From a virus: a DNA stretch of 64,000 bases. Shown piece by piece: positions 1-10,167 of the stretch; within the stretch, counting starts at the first letter, position 1; the number at the start of each line of letters is the position of its first letter. The stretch spans positions 1 to 64,000 of the IMG/VR virus record IMGVR_UViG_3300020416_000001. The stretch is one strand, 5' to 3'. A model generated the notes under the pieces. The model worked only from the letters and a program-made list of their open reading frames with translations. It was not told the origin of the DNA and ran no database searches. Position numbers and translations under genes: made by a program.

Positions 1-90
1 TTCGGTTCTGGTGGTAAAGATCTTAAAGATGAGATCAAAGAACACGCAAGAATGCACGAACTAGGAATCGCTCACGACCATAAGAAATGA
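1..90 (+). CDS. 3' end of PsbN-like small protein (partial, begins upstream of window)
   Basis: Frame 1 reads FGSGGKDLKDEIKEHARMHELGIAHDHKK*, resembling the PsbN C-terminus (FGxxxKxLxDxxxEH) with a His-rich tail. Its stop overlaps the next ATG. Confidence 0.6.
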   Translation, partial: FGSGGKDLKDEIKEHARMHELGIAHDHKK

Positions 91-314
91 AGAAAGTAGA
101 AAATTACGAACAACTCATCCAACGCTTCACAAAGCGTACTATGCAACTCTCAGCGAGAAATGCAGAGTTACAAAAGTCCTATGATGAGTATGTTAAAAAT
201 GAGAATGACCTCAAAAGACTTGAGGGTTCTTTACAGGCAATCGAGTACGTCGCTTATGGTAAAATGCCTGGGGACGGAAACCACGACAAATTCAAAGACC
301 ACAAACCAGAGTGA
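87..314 (+). CDS. hypothetical coiled-coil protein
   Basis: 75-aa ORF with ATGA overlap to the upstream gene and heptad-like helical composition. Confidence 0.7.
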   Translation: MKKVENYEQLIQRFTKRTMQLSARNAELQKSYDEYVKNENDLKRLEGSLQAIEYVAYGKMPGDGNHDKFKDHKPE

Positions 315-559
315 CCGAGTATGAAAAGAGAGCACTTGATCCGTGTTGGCAACACAAACAAACGTGCATCGCTGTATTCCCCATCAGTTCACACGACACT
401 AGTTGGTTATATCGTAGAGAAGATGGAACATATTACTGGCAGCATCATCGAAAGAACGAAGAGGACGACCGATTCGTAGATGCTGAAGGTATTCAGTTGA
501 CTCTCTTTGGCAGTCCAGAACTGTCAAAGGAGTTTATTATGAAAGCATTATTTGAGTAA
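311..559 (+). CDS. hypothetical protein
   Basis: 82-aa ORF, GTG start overlapping the previous stop. Confidence 0.65.
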   Translation: MTEYEKRALDPCWQHKQTCIAVFPISSHDTSWLYRREDGTYYWQHHRKNEEDDRFVDAEGIQLTLFGSPELSKEFIMKALFE

Positions 560-583
560 ATAGTATTACCAATCGAAAAACGA

Positions 584-823
584 ATGACGTACCCAAATGC
601 TGTCCTTTATAGCAATGGTTCACAAGAATGTGAGAGAGCAGAACAACTGCTAAACGCAAATAATTTTGATTTCCAGACATATAAACTAGGTTTACACTTC
701 ACACAGAAAGCATTTGAACAGGAATTTGGTTCAGATGCAGAATATCCACAAATTTCGATTGGTGCACGACACATTGGTAGTCTAAAAGGTACGCTTCAAC
801 ACCTCTATCTCCAACGTGTATAA
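584..823 (+). CDS. glutaredoxin-like protein (single Cys)
   Basis: LYSxGSQECERA (CxxC reduced to one Cys), plus YPQI and HIGS glutaredoxin motifs. Confidence 0.75.
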   Translation: MTYPNAVLYSNGSQECERAEQLLNANNFDFQTYKLGLHFTQKAFEQEFGSDAEYPQISIGARHIGSLKGTLQHLYLQRV

Positions 824-826
824 ATA
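819..826 (+). promoter_or_regulatory. T4-type late promoter TATAAATA
   Basis: Exact gp55 consensus 29 nt upstream of the structural gene at 855. Confidence 0.7.
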
Positions 827-854
827 AGATTGTATAAAATAGCGCCTGAGTTAA

Positions 855-2180
855 GTGGGAACAAAAAGAATTTCACAATTAGAGACTCTGGCAGATGCCG
901 TGCTTACGGGAGAGGCAATCCTTCCCGTTGTGATTTCTGACCCTCTGATTCCGAATAGAAAAGCAAAAATTAATCAACTTTTCAAAGGTGTATCGGCAGG
1001 AAGTCAGTCCCAACCTGGACTAGCGTTCGATTTGGACAGGGACACAGGACTATATCAGAATGCATATGATGAGATAGGTATTGCTTTTGGTACATCAAGT
1101 ATGTACTATAGAAAGCAACCTAACGCTGACGGTTCTGCTACGATCAGGATGATTGCGGGGGATACTACAAGTGCCAACGTAAACATCGATATGCGTCCAC
1201 AGGGATCTGGTAGATTCCTAGTCAATGGACCTGCTGAGTTCCAAGATGTCAACCTGCTGATTGCAGATGACCAGAACCCAGACAAGAAAGCAAAATTTGA
1301 AGTCTCTGGTGTTTCTACTGGTGCAGGTATTCGTACCTTCGCACTTCCAAGCACAGGTAACTTTACATCAACAACTCTTGTTGGTAATGATACTGCTCAG
1401 ACTCTAAGTAGCAAGACAATCATCATCAAAGATGGTGACTTGAGGGTTACTGGATCATCTGACACATCTAAAATCGCGTTATTTGAGTGTGACTCTTGGG
1501 AATCCCCTGGAACTCACATTTATAGATTACCTGACTATGGTTCTGGTGTTGCACAATCAACACTTCTTGATACTATTACTCAACAGAATGTTAGTAATAA
1601 AAACTTTATTAATCCCTCAATCAGTAACATTGAGTCTGGAGACCCTGAGAATCCGACACCACAAGTCACATTCCAATCTGGTGATGTAACTTCTAATCGT
1701 ATTGTCACATTCCCCGACCAGTCACTTACTGTCGCAGGTACTGAGGCATCACAGGTATTCAAAAACAAAGAATATGCTGATCCTAGATTCGCAGATGGAA
1801 CTGACGTTACTAAACGTATCCAGTTTGATCTCTCTGCTATCTCAGGAACAACACTCTTACGTTATTCATTCCCACATAACAATCTAAACGTACCTATCTC
1901 TGAGAACAATGTAGTTCTTACTGAGAAGGCACAACAAGTTATTGAAAATAAATCTGTTATCGGTCTCCAACTTATCAGTGGAGATAACGATCAGAACAAG
2001 ATTAATTTTGTCCTAGATAATGTAGAAGGCACACGTTCAATCAGATTCCCGAATGCTGATGCGACGCTGCTATCAACCGAAAACGTTACAACTCTTGGTG
2101 TTAGTTTCGGTGGTTCAATTTCTGCTCCCGATCTTGGTGGTAGATTAAGATTACAACAACACTTTTTCTCTGGTTTCTAA
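855..2180 (+). CDS. virion structural / tail-fibre-associated protein
   Basis: 441 aa. N-terminal KRISQL, a PGLAFDxDxDTGLY motif and repeated 'TLVG...QTLSxK / LPD..TL' units typical of cyanomyovirus fibres. Confidence 0.7.
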   Translation: MGTKRISQLETLADAVLTGEAILPVVISDPLIPNRKAKINQLFKGVSAGSQSQPGLAFDLDRDTGLYQNAYDEIGIAFGTSSMYYRKQPNADGSATIRMIAGDTTSANVNIDMRPQGSGRFLVNGPAEFQDVNLLIADDQNPDKKAKFEVSGVSTGAGIRTFALPSTGNFTSTTLVGNDTAQTLSSKTIIIKDGDLRVTGSSDTSKIALFECDSWESPGTHIYRLPDYGSGVAQSTLLDTITQQNVSNKNFINPSISNIESGDPENPTPQVTFQSGDVTSNRIVTFPDQSLTVAGTEASQVFKNKEYADPRFADGTDVTKRIQFDLSAISGTTLLRYSFPHNNLNVPISENNVVLTEKAQQVIENKSVIGLQLISGDNDQNKINFVLDNVEGTRSIRFPNADATLLSTENVTTLGVSFGGSISAPDLGGRLRLQQHFFSGF

Positions 2181-2183
2181 AAA

Positions 2184-4097
2184 ATGAGCGCAGGTAGACT
2201 CGCTGCATCCGCCCCTGCAGCAACAACAAATACTGTGCTGTACTCAACCGATGCGTTGACGACAGCATCCACTGTACTACTCGCAGCGGAAAGAGGTGGA
2301 TCCGCAGCGACATATCGTGTTGGTCTCAAGGACTACACACAGCAACTAACTCTCAACGCAAGTAATTACAAGTTTAATAGAGGCAACCCAGTTTCTACAT
2401 ACAAACTTGAGATTGCACCTGGGATTTCTAGATCCGATGCAACCCCTGGTTTAGGTATTGCTTCTTCAGACTTTGCTAAAACGGCATCAGTCTTGGACGT
2501 TGTTGTAGATACAAGCGTTATCACAAACTATGTGAAGGTAAAGACATATACTTCTATTGGTATTGATTCAACTGGTATCTCAGGAACGTTTCAGGGCGGT
2601 GAAACTGTAACTGGTGGTACTTCAGGTGTCACTGCTACATTCCGTGGTATCGGGACCACAATGAGTATCGAGATTGCAGACATCGCTTCTGGTGCTACTA
2701 CACTGAAAGTATCTGATGGTTCAGCATCTGTTGGTTCTTCATATTTCGTTCTATCAGATGGTGTAAACGGATATACCCCTGAGATTATTCAAGTTGGTAC
2801 TCCTACTTTCTACAGTGGTACAACTGGTGGTGCTAACGTAACTGTCACACGAGCACAGTTTGGTACATCTGCTGCTGCACACAGATCAGGACAGATGGTT
2901 TCCTTCTATCAGGATGCAGGTACAACTACCACTATCAACGAAGGTGCACAGTTCCAAGTAGCAGACACTACACTGACTGTTACTGATGCAACTGTGGTTG
3001 TGTCTGGTCAGTATATTCGTGTTGGTAACGAGATTATGCTTGTTACTGGTGTTACTGGTAATGACCTCTCAGTTACTAGAGGACAGTTCGGAACTACTGA
3101 CGCTGCACACGCTGATGGTGCAACTGTGATTCCTATGTCACAAGGAAGTCAGGCGATGGTCAACTGGTTTGATGCTGCTGAAACTCTCACAGGTGGTACT
3201 TCTGCTGCTACTGTTGATACTCAGTTCACTGCAACTGCAAGTGCTATCTACACAACTGGATTTGTGTGGGGCACAGTTGCAGGACAGGAGGTCGTTCCTT
3301 CTACATTCTCGATGGATGTTGAGAGAACATATAGATTTGATCAGTCAGATTCATCAAACACTTCACTTCCTCTTAGATTCTCTGATACACAAGAGGGTAC
3401 AGGAGCAACTCCAGTTGCGGGTACTGAGTACACAACTGGCGTAACGAAGTCTGGTACTGCAGGCACGGACGGTATCATCGATATTATTCCTGATACTCAG
3501 TCACCAAACCCACTGTATTACTACGCTGAGGGAACTGCTTCAACTCAAGGTAGTACAGTATATTCTGCTGCACTAACTATCGTTCAAGATCCACAGTACA
3601 CTGAGATTCTTCTCTACGACATCGTAGGAACTTGGGTTACTGGTGATACTTTCTTGGTTGGTACATCAACAATCACAGTTGGTACTGTAACTGGTGGTAA
3701 GTATGGTTGGGTTACCGACTGGACTGCACCAGTCCTATCAGTCTCTCTTGGACCTGGGTCTGCAGCATTTGCAGGATCCGATACATTTGTAGATACACCA
3801 CCTGAGCAGGGTGGTGAAAGAAGTACCGTTACTGTTAACTCGGTCACGCAACCGTCAGATCTTGCCACGGAAGATTACATTTATTATGACTTTGCTATCG
3901 GTGCAAATGGTGCCAACAAACACAGTGGAATTGTTGTAGGACCTAATTCACATATCGTGGTCTATGCATCAAGTGCAGATCTATCATTCCAAGTGAATGG
4001 ATTTGAGAACCAAGTCAACGATTTCCTACCTGATCAGTACAACCAAGCAGCAGCAGGTGGTGGTGGCGCAGGTGGTGGCGGTGGTGCTGCACCCTAA
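2184..4097 (+). CDS. virion structural protein (Thr/Gly-rich beta protein)
   Basis: 637 aa. GRLAASAP N-terminus, two 'TRGQFGT.AAAH..G' repeats and a 'TYRFDQSDSSN..LRFS' module. Confidence 0.7.
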   Translation: MSAGRLAASAPAATTNTVLYSTDALTTASTVLLAAERGGSAATYRVGLKDYTQQLTLNASNYKFNRGNPVSTYKLEIAPGISRSDATPGLGIASSDFAKTASVLDVVVDTSVITNYVKVKTYTSIGIDSTGISGTFQGGETVTGGTSGVTATFRGIGTTMSIEIADIASGATTLKVSDGSASVGSSYFVLSDGVNGYTPEIIQVGTPTFYSGTTGGANVTVTRAQFGTSAAAHRSGQMVSFYQDAGTTTTINEGAQFQVADTTLTVTDATVVVSGQYIRVGNEIMLVTGVTGNDLSVTRGQFGTTDAAHADGATVIPMSQGSQAMVNWFDAAETLTGGTSAATVDTQFTATASAIYTTGFVWGTVAGQEVVPSTFSMDVERTYRFDQSDSSNTSLPLRFSDTQEGTGATPVAGTEYTTGVTKSGTAGTDGIIDIIPDTQSPNPLYYYAEGTASTQGSTVYSAALTIVQDPQYTEILLYDIVGTWVTGDTFLVGTSTITVGTVTGGKYGWVTDWTAPVLSVSLGPGSAAFAGSDTFVDTPPEQGGERSTVTVNSVTQPSDLATEDYIYYDFAIGANGANKHSGIVVGPNSHIVVYASSADLSFQVNGFENQVNDFLPDQYNQAAAGGGGAGGGGGAAP

Positions 4098-4108
4098 TCC
4101 AGAACCTG

Positions 4109-4116
4109 AATAAATA
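4109..4116 (+). promoter_or_regulatory. late promoter-like AATAAATA
   Basis: TAAATA core upstream of the ATG at 4140. Confidence 0.5.
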
Positions 4117-4139
4117 ACCATATAGAAGGACTCCCATAG

Positions 4140-7100
4140 ATGGCACTAACACGTCTTAAAAATATCATCACGTCTAGGACGGGTCGTATTATATACGTCA
4201 ACCCTGACGACTTTGATGCATCGGATGCATATGACAACCGAGGTAACTCAGCATTGCGTCCATTTAAGACGTTGCAACGTGCCTTCCTTGAGGTATCGAG
4301 ATTTTCATATAGAGTTGGACTTAGTAATGACGAATTTGACGCTTTCAGTATATACCTTTACCCTTCCGAATACGTTCTAGATAACAGACCAGGGACAAGT
4401 AATTTTAACGAGATCACACCATTTGACGAGAACACTAACTTTGATCTCACTTCTCCTAACAATATTCTTTACAAGTTCAACTCCGTAGATGGTGGTATCA
4501 TCGTCCCAAGGGGTTGTTCTGTTGTGGGATCTGACCTTAGAAGAACTAAGATCATTCCTAAGTATGTTCCATATCCTACTATTAACGCATCACTTGGTAT
4601 CACAGGTGCAAACGAACCAACAGCGTCAGCAATCTTCAGACTGACTGGTGGTACTTATTTCTGGCAGATGTCCTTCTTTGATGGGGACAATAACGGTGTA
4701 TATTATAGAGGAGATGTTGCAGATACCATTGCACCTAACTTCTCACACCACAAGATTACTTGTTTTGAGTATGCTACGGTTAATGACCTAGATCTATTCT
4801 ATCAAAAGATCTCAAAGGCATACGCAACAATTCCAGATACCTCTGGTACTATCGCACAAGACCAGTTACAGGCAAGGGTCGAGGAAAACAGAATCGTTGG
4901 TCCGATCTCCGACGAATTCCGAGTTTCTCAGATCATTAGAAACGGTCAGACTGCTACAGCATTTACAGTTGATATTCAGGACAACCCTGTCAACCACGGA
5001 TTCTCAGTTGGTGTTGCTGTTAATATTTCAGGTGTAACAGGACCGACTGAAGCGGACTCTAATCTATACAACGGATCATTCCTAGTTACCTCAGCACAAG
5101 GTAATCAGTTCACGTATCAGATGTCAGCAGAACCGTCAGGTAATGCAATCGGATCCAACGTGTTGGTGAAGGTTGAAATTGATACTGTTGACTCTGCATC
5201 ACCATATGTGTTCAACTGCTCACTCCGCTCAGTGTGGGGTATTTGTGGTATGCACGCAGATGGTTCAAAGGCAACTGGTTTCAAATCGATGGTGGTTGCC
5301 CAGTTCACTGGTATCTCACTTCAGAAAGATGACAGAGCATTCGTTTTATACAACCCCTCTACTGGAAACTATGAAGCACAAGCTTCAGGTTCTGGTGCAC
5401 ACATTAACGGACTTTGTAAGTACCGCAAAGGATGGCGTCACGTCCATATCAGAGCATCAAACGACTCGTTCATTCAGGTTGTTTCTGTCTTTGCTGTTGG
5501 ATTTGGTGATCATTTCTTTAGCGATAGCGGTGGCGACCTTTCGATTACTAACTCAAACAGTAATTTCGGAAATACAAGTCTTCGTTCCAAAGGATTCAAA
5601 TCAGCAGCATTCACAAAAGACAAAGCAGGACAGATCACCCACGTCATACCCCCCAAGGATATATCAGACGTAGCAGAGATCTCTATCAACTGGGTTACAT
5701 TTGATATTAACAAGATTCGTGCTGCAGCAGACCCAACTAAACTATATCTCTACGGATACACAAACGAGAATGCGAAACCCCCTTCTAAGATTCAGGGTTA
5801 TACCATTGGTGCTCGTAGAGATTCACCTACACTTCCTGACAAGATTAACGTTCTGTTGATCGCTTCAGGTGCGAACTCACCTACAACTCACACAGCGAAG
5901 ATTGATCCATCTGGACAGGATGTCACAGGTACATCCCCAGGTGATGACAACTCACCTATCAAGTATGATGCCAACCAGTCCAACTGGTATCTTCAGGTTG
6001 ACTCAAACCAGAATGACATCTATACAACTCTAATCGCAAATAGTCAGTATCAAAATCTTGGATTCACACCCACATCATTCATTAGAAGAGTACCCGACGC
6101 AAGAGACCTCAAAGATAGAATCTACAGATTTAGATATGTACTGGACAAGGATGCATTCCCGATTCCTAGACAACCCATTACTGGTTTCGTGGTACAACCT
6201 AGATCTTCAGAGACTAACTCACCTGCATATGACAAAACATATTACATCTATGAAGTAGAAACCTATCAAGAGTTTGAAAGAGGTGTCAGGGATGGTATCT
6301 ATTATCTTACATTCTTGAATGCGTCGGTTTCACCTTCAACTTCTAACTTCGATGACTTTGCATTCTCTCAACAAACAGTCGATCTATATCCCGCATTTGA
6401 TAGAGATAACCCAGTTGCAGACCCAGGTCCTGCTGTATCAGTTGCTGACAACGATGTACTTGGTGTTGTTACTACAACTGACGGTGCTTCACCAACACCT
6501 AATCAGAATACCAAACTTTCTATCACCAAAGAAACAACACAGTTCTTCTTACTTGAACAGGAAAACAACTTAGGATATAACACAACATCTAATACACTGA
6601 ATAGTATTGTTGTTACAGGACGTCTTGGTGATGAAGAAGAGAGAAAGATCCCTCTGAAACTGAATGCTGATAACTCAGTAGCACCTATTCTATGTGAACT
6701 ACGAAGATACTCCATCCTTAGAGCATCTGGACATACGTTTGAGTATCTTGGTTTCGGACCAGGGAACTACTCAACAGCGTTCCCATCTACACAGGTGGAA
6801 GTTCTATCACCTGCACAGGTCAGACTGTCACAGTCTCTGAAAGAAGCAGCAGGTGTTGCATACTACTCAGGTGTTAACTCTGACGGTGAACTATTCGTTG
6901 GTAACCAAGTTATCAACCCAGTTACAGGTCAGATCACCAACGAAGATATTGCACAGTTGAACGTCTTGGGTGAAGAAGGAACAACTATTGAAACCTTCTC
7001 CGAGATCGTTCTTACTGATAAGTTGACTGTTATTGGTGGTGCATCCAACCAGTTAGAATCAGTCTTCTCTGGTCCAGTTACATTCCAAAAGAGAATTACT

Positions 7101-7715
7101 GCTCAGGAGAATATTCAGACTCTGAAGTTGACTTACTCCAACGACGATGGAACTGTACTAAAGCAGACGTTCCTTGCAGAAGATGATGGGTCAGGTCAAC
7201 CAGATATTGACTCTGCATTGGCATTTAATGATGGTGATATTATCTATAACATTGACTGGCAGGCAGGTGATTCACTTGGTTGGATCTATGATGCAGGTGT
7301 GTGGTACAAGTTCGGTATGACAGATACTGGACCTATCACTGCTCGTAGGTTCTCAGGTGTTACTAACTATGGTATTGGAATGGCACCTGATGCTTCCAAT
7401 AGAATGAAGATCAGTGGTAATACATTCATTTCTGGTGACCTTGATGTTACTGGTAAGTATGGTTCTGCTGATAAGTATAGACTCGCAACGGGTCTTGCTA
7501 ACAATAATAACGGGGTCACATACAATGGCAACGGATCTACATCATCCTTTGCAATTTCCCCAGGGCACACCTCTTATTCTGTTCTTGTATTCTTGAATGG
7601 TGTTGCTCAAATCCCAGGAACTGACTACCAAGTCAGCGGTAACTCTGTTGACTTCTCAATCGGTACACCCCCTTCTACTGGTGATGTGATCCAGATCAGG
7701 GAGTTGGTCATCTAA
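4140..7715 (+). CDS. tail fibre / tailspike-like structural protein
   Basis: 1191 aa. MALTRLKN...IYVNPDDFDASD...RPFKTLQRA and ELRRYSILRASGHTFEYLGFGPGNYST motifs typical of cyanophage fibre proteins; C-terminal 'VFLNGVAQ.PG.DY' domain. Confidence 0.8.
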   Translation: MALTRLKNIITSRTGRIIYVNPDDFDASDAYDNRGNSALRPFKTLQRAFLEVSRFSYRVGLSNDEFDAFSIYLYPSEYVLDNRPGTSNFNEITPFDENTNFDLTSPNNILYKFNSVDGGIIVPRGCSVVGSDLRRTKIIPKYVPYPTINASLGITGANEPTASAIFRLTGGTYFWQMSFFDGDNNGVYYRGDVADTIAPNFSHHKITCFEYATVNDLDLFYQKISKAYATIPDTSGTIAQDQLQARVEENRIVGPISDEFRVSQIIRNGQTATAFTVDIQDNPVNHGFSVGVAVNISGVTGPTEADSNLYNGSFLVTSAQGNQFTYQMSAEPSGNAIGSNVLVKVEIDTVDSASPYVFNCSLRSVWGICGMHADGSKATGFKSMVVAQFTGISLQKDDRAFVLYNPSTGNYEAQASGSGAHINGLCKYRKGWRHVHIRASNDSFIQVVSVFAVGFGDHFFSDSGGDLSITNSNSNFGNTSLRSKGFKSAAFTKDKAGQITHVIPPKDISDVAEISINWVTFDINKIRAAADPTKLYLYGYTNENAKPPSKIQGYTIGARRDSPTLPDKINVLLIASGANSPTTHTAKIDPSGQDVTGTSPGDDNSPIKYDANQSNWYLQVDSNQNDIYTTLIANSQYQNLGFTPTSFIRRVPDARDLKDRIYRFRYVLDKDAFPIPRQPITGFVVQPRSSETNSPAYDKTYYIYEVETYQEFERGVRDGIYYLTFLNASVSPSTSNFDDFAFSQQTVDLYPAFDRDNPVADPGPAVSVADNDVLGVVTTTDGASPTPNQNTKLSITKETTQFFLLEQENNLGYNTTSNTLNSIVVTGRLGDEEERKIPLKLNADNSVAPILCELRRYSILRASGHTFEYLGFGPGNYSTAFPSTQVEVLSPAQVRLSQSLKEAAGVAYYSGVNSDGELFVGNQVINPVTGQITNEDIAQLNVLGEEGTTIETFSEIVLTDKLTVIGGASNQLESVFSGPVTFQKRITAQENIQTLKLTYSNDDGTVLKQTFLAEDDGSGQPDIDSALAFNDGDIIYNIDWQAGDSLGWIYDAGVWYKFGMTDTGPITARRFSGVTNYGIGMAPDASNRMKISGNTFISGDLDVTGKYGSADKYRLATGLANNNNGVTYNGNGSTSSFAISPGHTSYSVLVFLNGVAQIPGTDYQVSGNSVDFSIGTPPSTGDVIQIRELVI

Positions 7716-7741
7716 ATAGTAACAGGAAGTAGTAGGATCCT

Positions 7742-8608
7742 ATGTCAACAAAGATTAATGGTAATCAGATACAGGCGACGACCAGAGGTTTGGTCGAAGC
7801 GTGGTCTATTTCCGAACAACTAAATCTACCCGCACTGAACCAGTCAGCAGTTAATGCTCTGGGAACTCCTGCCTTTGGTACTTTGATCTACAATAGTACC
7901 GAGGATATGGCACAGATCTACAAACAGGATGCCAATCAAGGTAACCCTGGTTGGACTGATGTTGGTGGAGGTGGTCCTGCTATTGGTGAAGGTTCTATCA
8001 TTAGAACTAACGGTACAAATATTTCAGAGAACTTAACTGTTGGTCCAACTGCAAACGGCGGTGTAGAATTCACAAACGGTTTTTCAGCAGGTCCAATACA
8101 AATCGATTCAGGTTATACAGTCACGATTGAAAATGGAGCATCGTGGACTATGCTTGGAGACGACGATCTTTCCTACGCTGAGTTCGTTGACATTGAGTCA
8201 CAGCACGCTACTTTCACTGGTACACTTCATTACGGTGAAACAAAAGAAAGCGTTTACTATTACACAACAAGTGGTTCTATAACCCACGACTACAATAATT
8301 CAAACTCTATCTGGATCAACAAAACAGGAGGTGGTAACTTTACTATCAGTTTCACTAACGTTCCTACTGATGGTGCACACGCATATGGTATGACGGTTGC
8401 TATCAAACAGCAGGGTGGTGAAGGTATTCCAACTTCAGTCAATATAAACGGACAGTCAACAACTATATACTGGTCAGGAGGTAATCAACCTTCTTGGGGA
8501 AGCGATGATACTTATGTTGTTGTATCATTTGCTCTCATCTATACACCTAACACTAACTTCCATTCATTTACTGTGATGGGTTCTGCTACTGGTTATTATC
8601 AAGCATAA
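7742..8608 (+). CDS. tail fibre protein
   Basis: 288 aa with an 'IRTN..ISENLT...SAGPI.I..G.TVTI..G..W' fibre motif; TAAATA at 7713-7718 upstream. Confidence 0.65.
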   Translation: MSTKINGNQIQATTRGLVEAWSISEQLNLPALNQSAVNALGTPAFGTLIYNSTEDMAQIYKQDANQGNPGWTDVGGGGPAIGEGSIIRTNGTNISENLTVGPTANGGVEFTNGFSAGPIQIDSGYTVTIENGASWTMLGDDDLSYAEFVDIESQHATFTGTLHYGETKESVYYYTTSGSITHDYNNSNSIWINKTGGGNFTISFTNVPTDGAHAYGMTVAIKQQGGEGIPTSVNINGQSTTIYWSGGNQPSWGSDDTYVVVSFALIYTPNTNFHSFTVMGSATGYYQA

Positions 8609-8610
8609 TT

Positions 8611-9591
8611 ATGTCAACTAATATTGGATATTCTGGGATGTTTAATCCCTTTGGTTCTTCCTTAGGTTCTCGTGGAGCAGGGGCAGGCGGAGGTGGTGCG
8701 GTTAGACTTATTGCTGATGATAACGGAACTGTTTTCGATCAAGCATACGAAGGAAAAAACTTTAGATTCCATAGGTTTACGAGTACAGGAGATAATAGTC
8801 TATACATTCGTGGTGGTGCAGGTGGAACTCTATACGCTTGGATGTGGGGTGCTGCAGGTGGTAGAGGTGGACAAGGTGGTGCAAATGGTGGTGCAGGTGG
8901 TTTTTCATATGGAGAGATTCAGGTTCAAAGTTCTTGGATTTCTGAAGGTGGTAGGATGAGAATTTACGTCGGTGGTGGCGGTGGAGGAGGAAACGGTTGC
9001 TACGGATGTTGGGGTGGCGGTGGAAATGGTACTAATGGTTCAGGATATGGTTCAGGAGGACGTGGTACACACGCTTCTTGTAGTGGATGTTCAGCAGGTG
9101 GAGGAGGAGGTGGAGCAGCATCTATGCTCTTCTCACCTCTAGGTGTCAATATGAATGAAGGAAATATTCTCCAAGTCGCAGCAGGCGGTGGTGGAGGAGG
9201 AGGTCGTGAAGGTTGTGGTGGTGCAGGAAACGGTGGAGCAGGTGGACAGAGAGGAGCAAACGGACAATGTGGTTCACAGGGTGGAGCAATGGGAGGTAAC
9301 AGTGATACCAATGGAGATGAGTGTGGCAGACCAGGGAATGACGCTTCTGGTGGCGGAGGCGGTGGAGGTGGATATAACGCAGGTCAGTGTGGTGGAAACC
9401 CAGGTTGTGACTGCAATGGAGCAGCAGGGGGAGGTGGAGGACAATCTTGGATCTCTTCTCCATACCATACTGGTGGGTATATAAGTAATGGTGACTGGAA
9501 TACCCCAGGTGAGAACTCTTCTCAATTCAGACAAGGTGCTGCACAACCCAATGGTGGTAATGGCATCGTCACTCTTGGTTACCTAGTATAA
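8611..9591 (+). CDS. glycine/cysteine-rich fibre tip (polyglycine adhesin-like) protein
   Basis: 326 aa with many GGGG runs, a WGAAGG motif and CxGC-type motifs. Confidence 0.7.
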   Translation: MSTNIGYSGMFNPFGSSLGSRGAGAGGGGAVRLIADDNGTVFDQAYEGKNFRFHRFTSTGDNSLYIRGGAGGTLYAWMWGAAGGRGGQGGANGGAGGFSYGEIQVQSSWISEGGRMRIYVGGGGGGGNGCYGCWGGGGNGTNGSGYGSGGRGTHASCSGCSAGGGGGGAASMLFSPLGVNMNEGNILQVAAGGGGGGGREGCGGAGNGGAGGQRGANGQCGSQGGAMGGNSDTNGDECGRPGNDASGGGGGGGGYNAGQCGGNPGCDCNGAAGGGGGQSWISSPYHTGGYISNGDWNTPGENSSQFRQGAAQPNGGNGIVTLGYLV

Positions 9592-9594
9592 ATT

Positions 9595-10128
9595 ATGGCA
9601 ACAGTAAATGACCCTAAAACGGCAGACAACGATTACGAACAGTATAACGTTGCTTCCGTAGTCTTCGATATAGGGGAAGACACAAGTGTTGGTGGCGGAT
9701 TTTCTACTCTAAAATCTAGAGACGTCACTATCAAGATCGGTGTAAGAGATTTTGGTAAATGGAATTTGAATTGGTCAAACGGTCTAAGGATCGGCATTTC
9801 AGTTGCAGAACCAGATGGTACACAGATCTTCAAACAGTCACTTGAGAACATTATCTCATCTGACACTAAGTATCAGTTGACAGTATCATTACCGATGCTG
9901 AATACTGAAATGAAGTATGCGGTTAATTTGTGGGCAGGCACAAATACTAAAACACTAACGCATAGGGAAGATATTGAGATCCCTGATTATCAAGATCCAA
10001 CCACTCAAAGAGTGAACCCTGCAGGTACAGTTGTTTATCACGAAGGATACTATCCTGACGACGAACAATGGGAAAGAGATCAACCTTTCTTACCCTCTGG
10101 TTTTGAACGCCCTGTGCCACCTACATAA
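9595..10128 (+). CDS. hypothetical virion-associated protein
   Basis: 177-aa ORF within the fibre operon. Confidence 0.65.
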   Translation: MATVNDPKTADNDYEQYNVASVVFDIGEDTSVGGGFSTLKSRDVTIKIGVRDFGKWNLNWSNGLRIGISVAEPDGTQIFKQSLENIISSDTKYQLTVSLPMLNTEMKYAVNLWAGTNTKTLTHREDIEIPDYQDPTTQRVNPAGTVVYHEGYYPDDEQWERDQPFLPSGFERPVPPT

Positions 10129-10131
10129 TTG

Positions 10132-10139
10132 TATAAATA
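10132..10139 (+). promoter_or_regulatory. T4-type late promoter TATAAATA
   Basis: Exact consensus upstream of the ATG at 10168. Confidence 0.7.
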
Positions 10140-10167
10140 ACTAACGAGGAAATTTTAACAGGCAAAA

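Noticed and set aside
4050-4094. Gly/Ala codon run as a tandem DNA repeat
   Set aside because: It is a low-complexity protein tail with synonymous variation.
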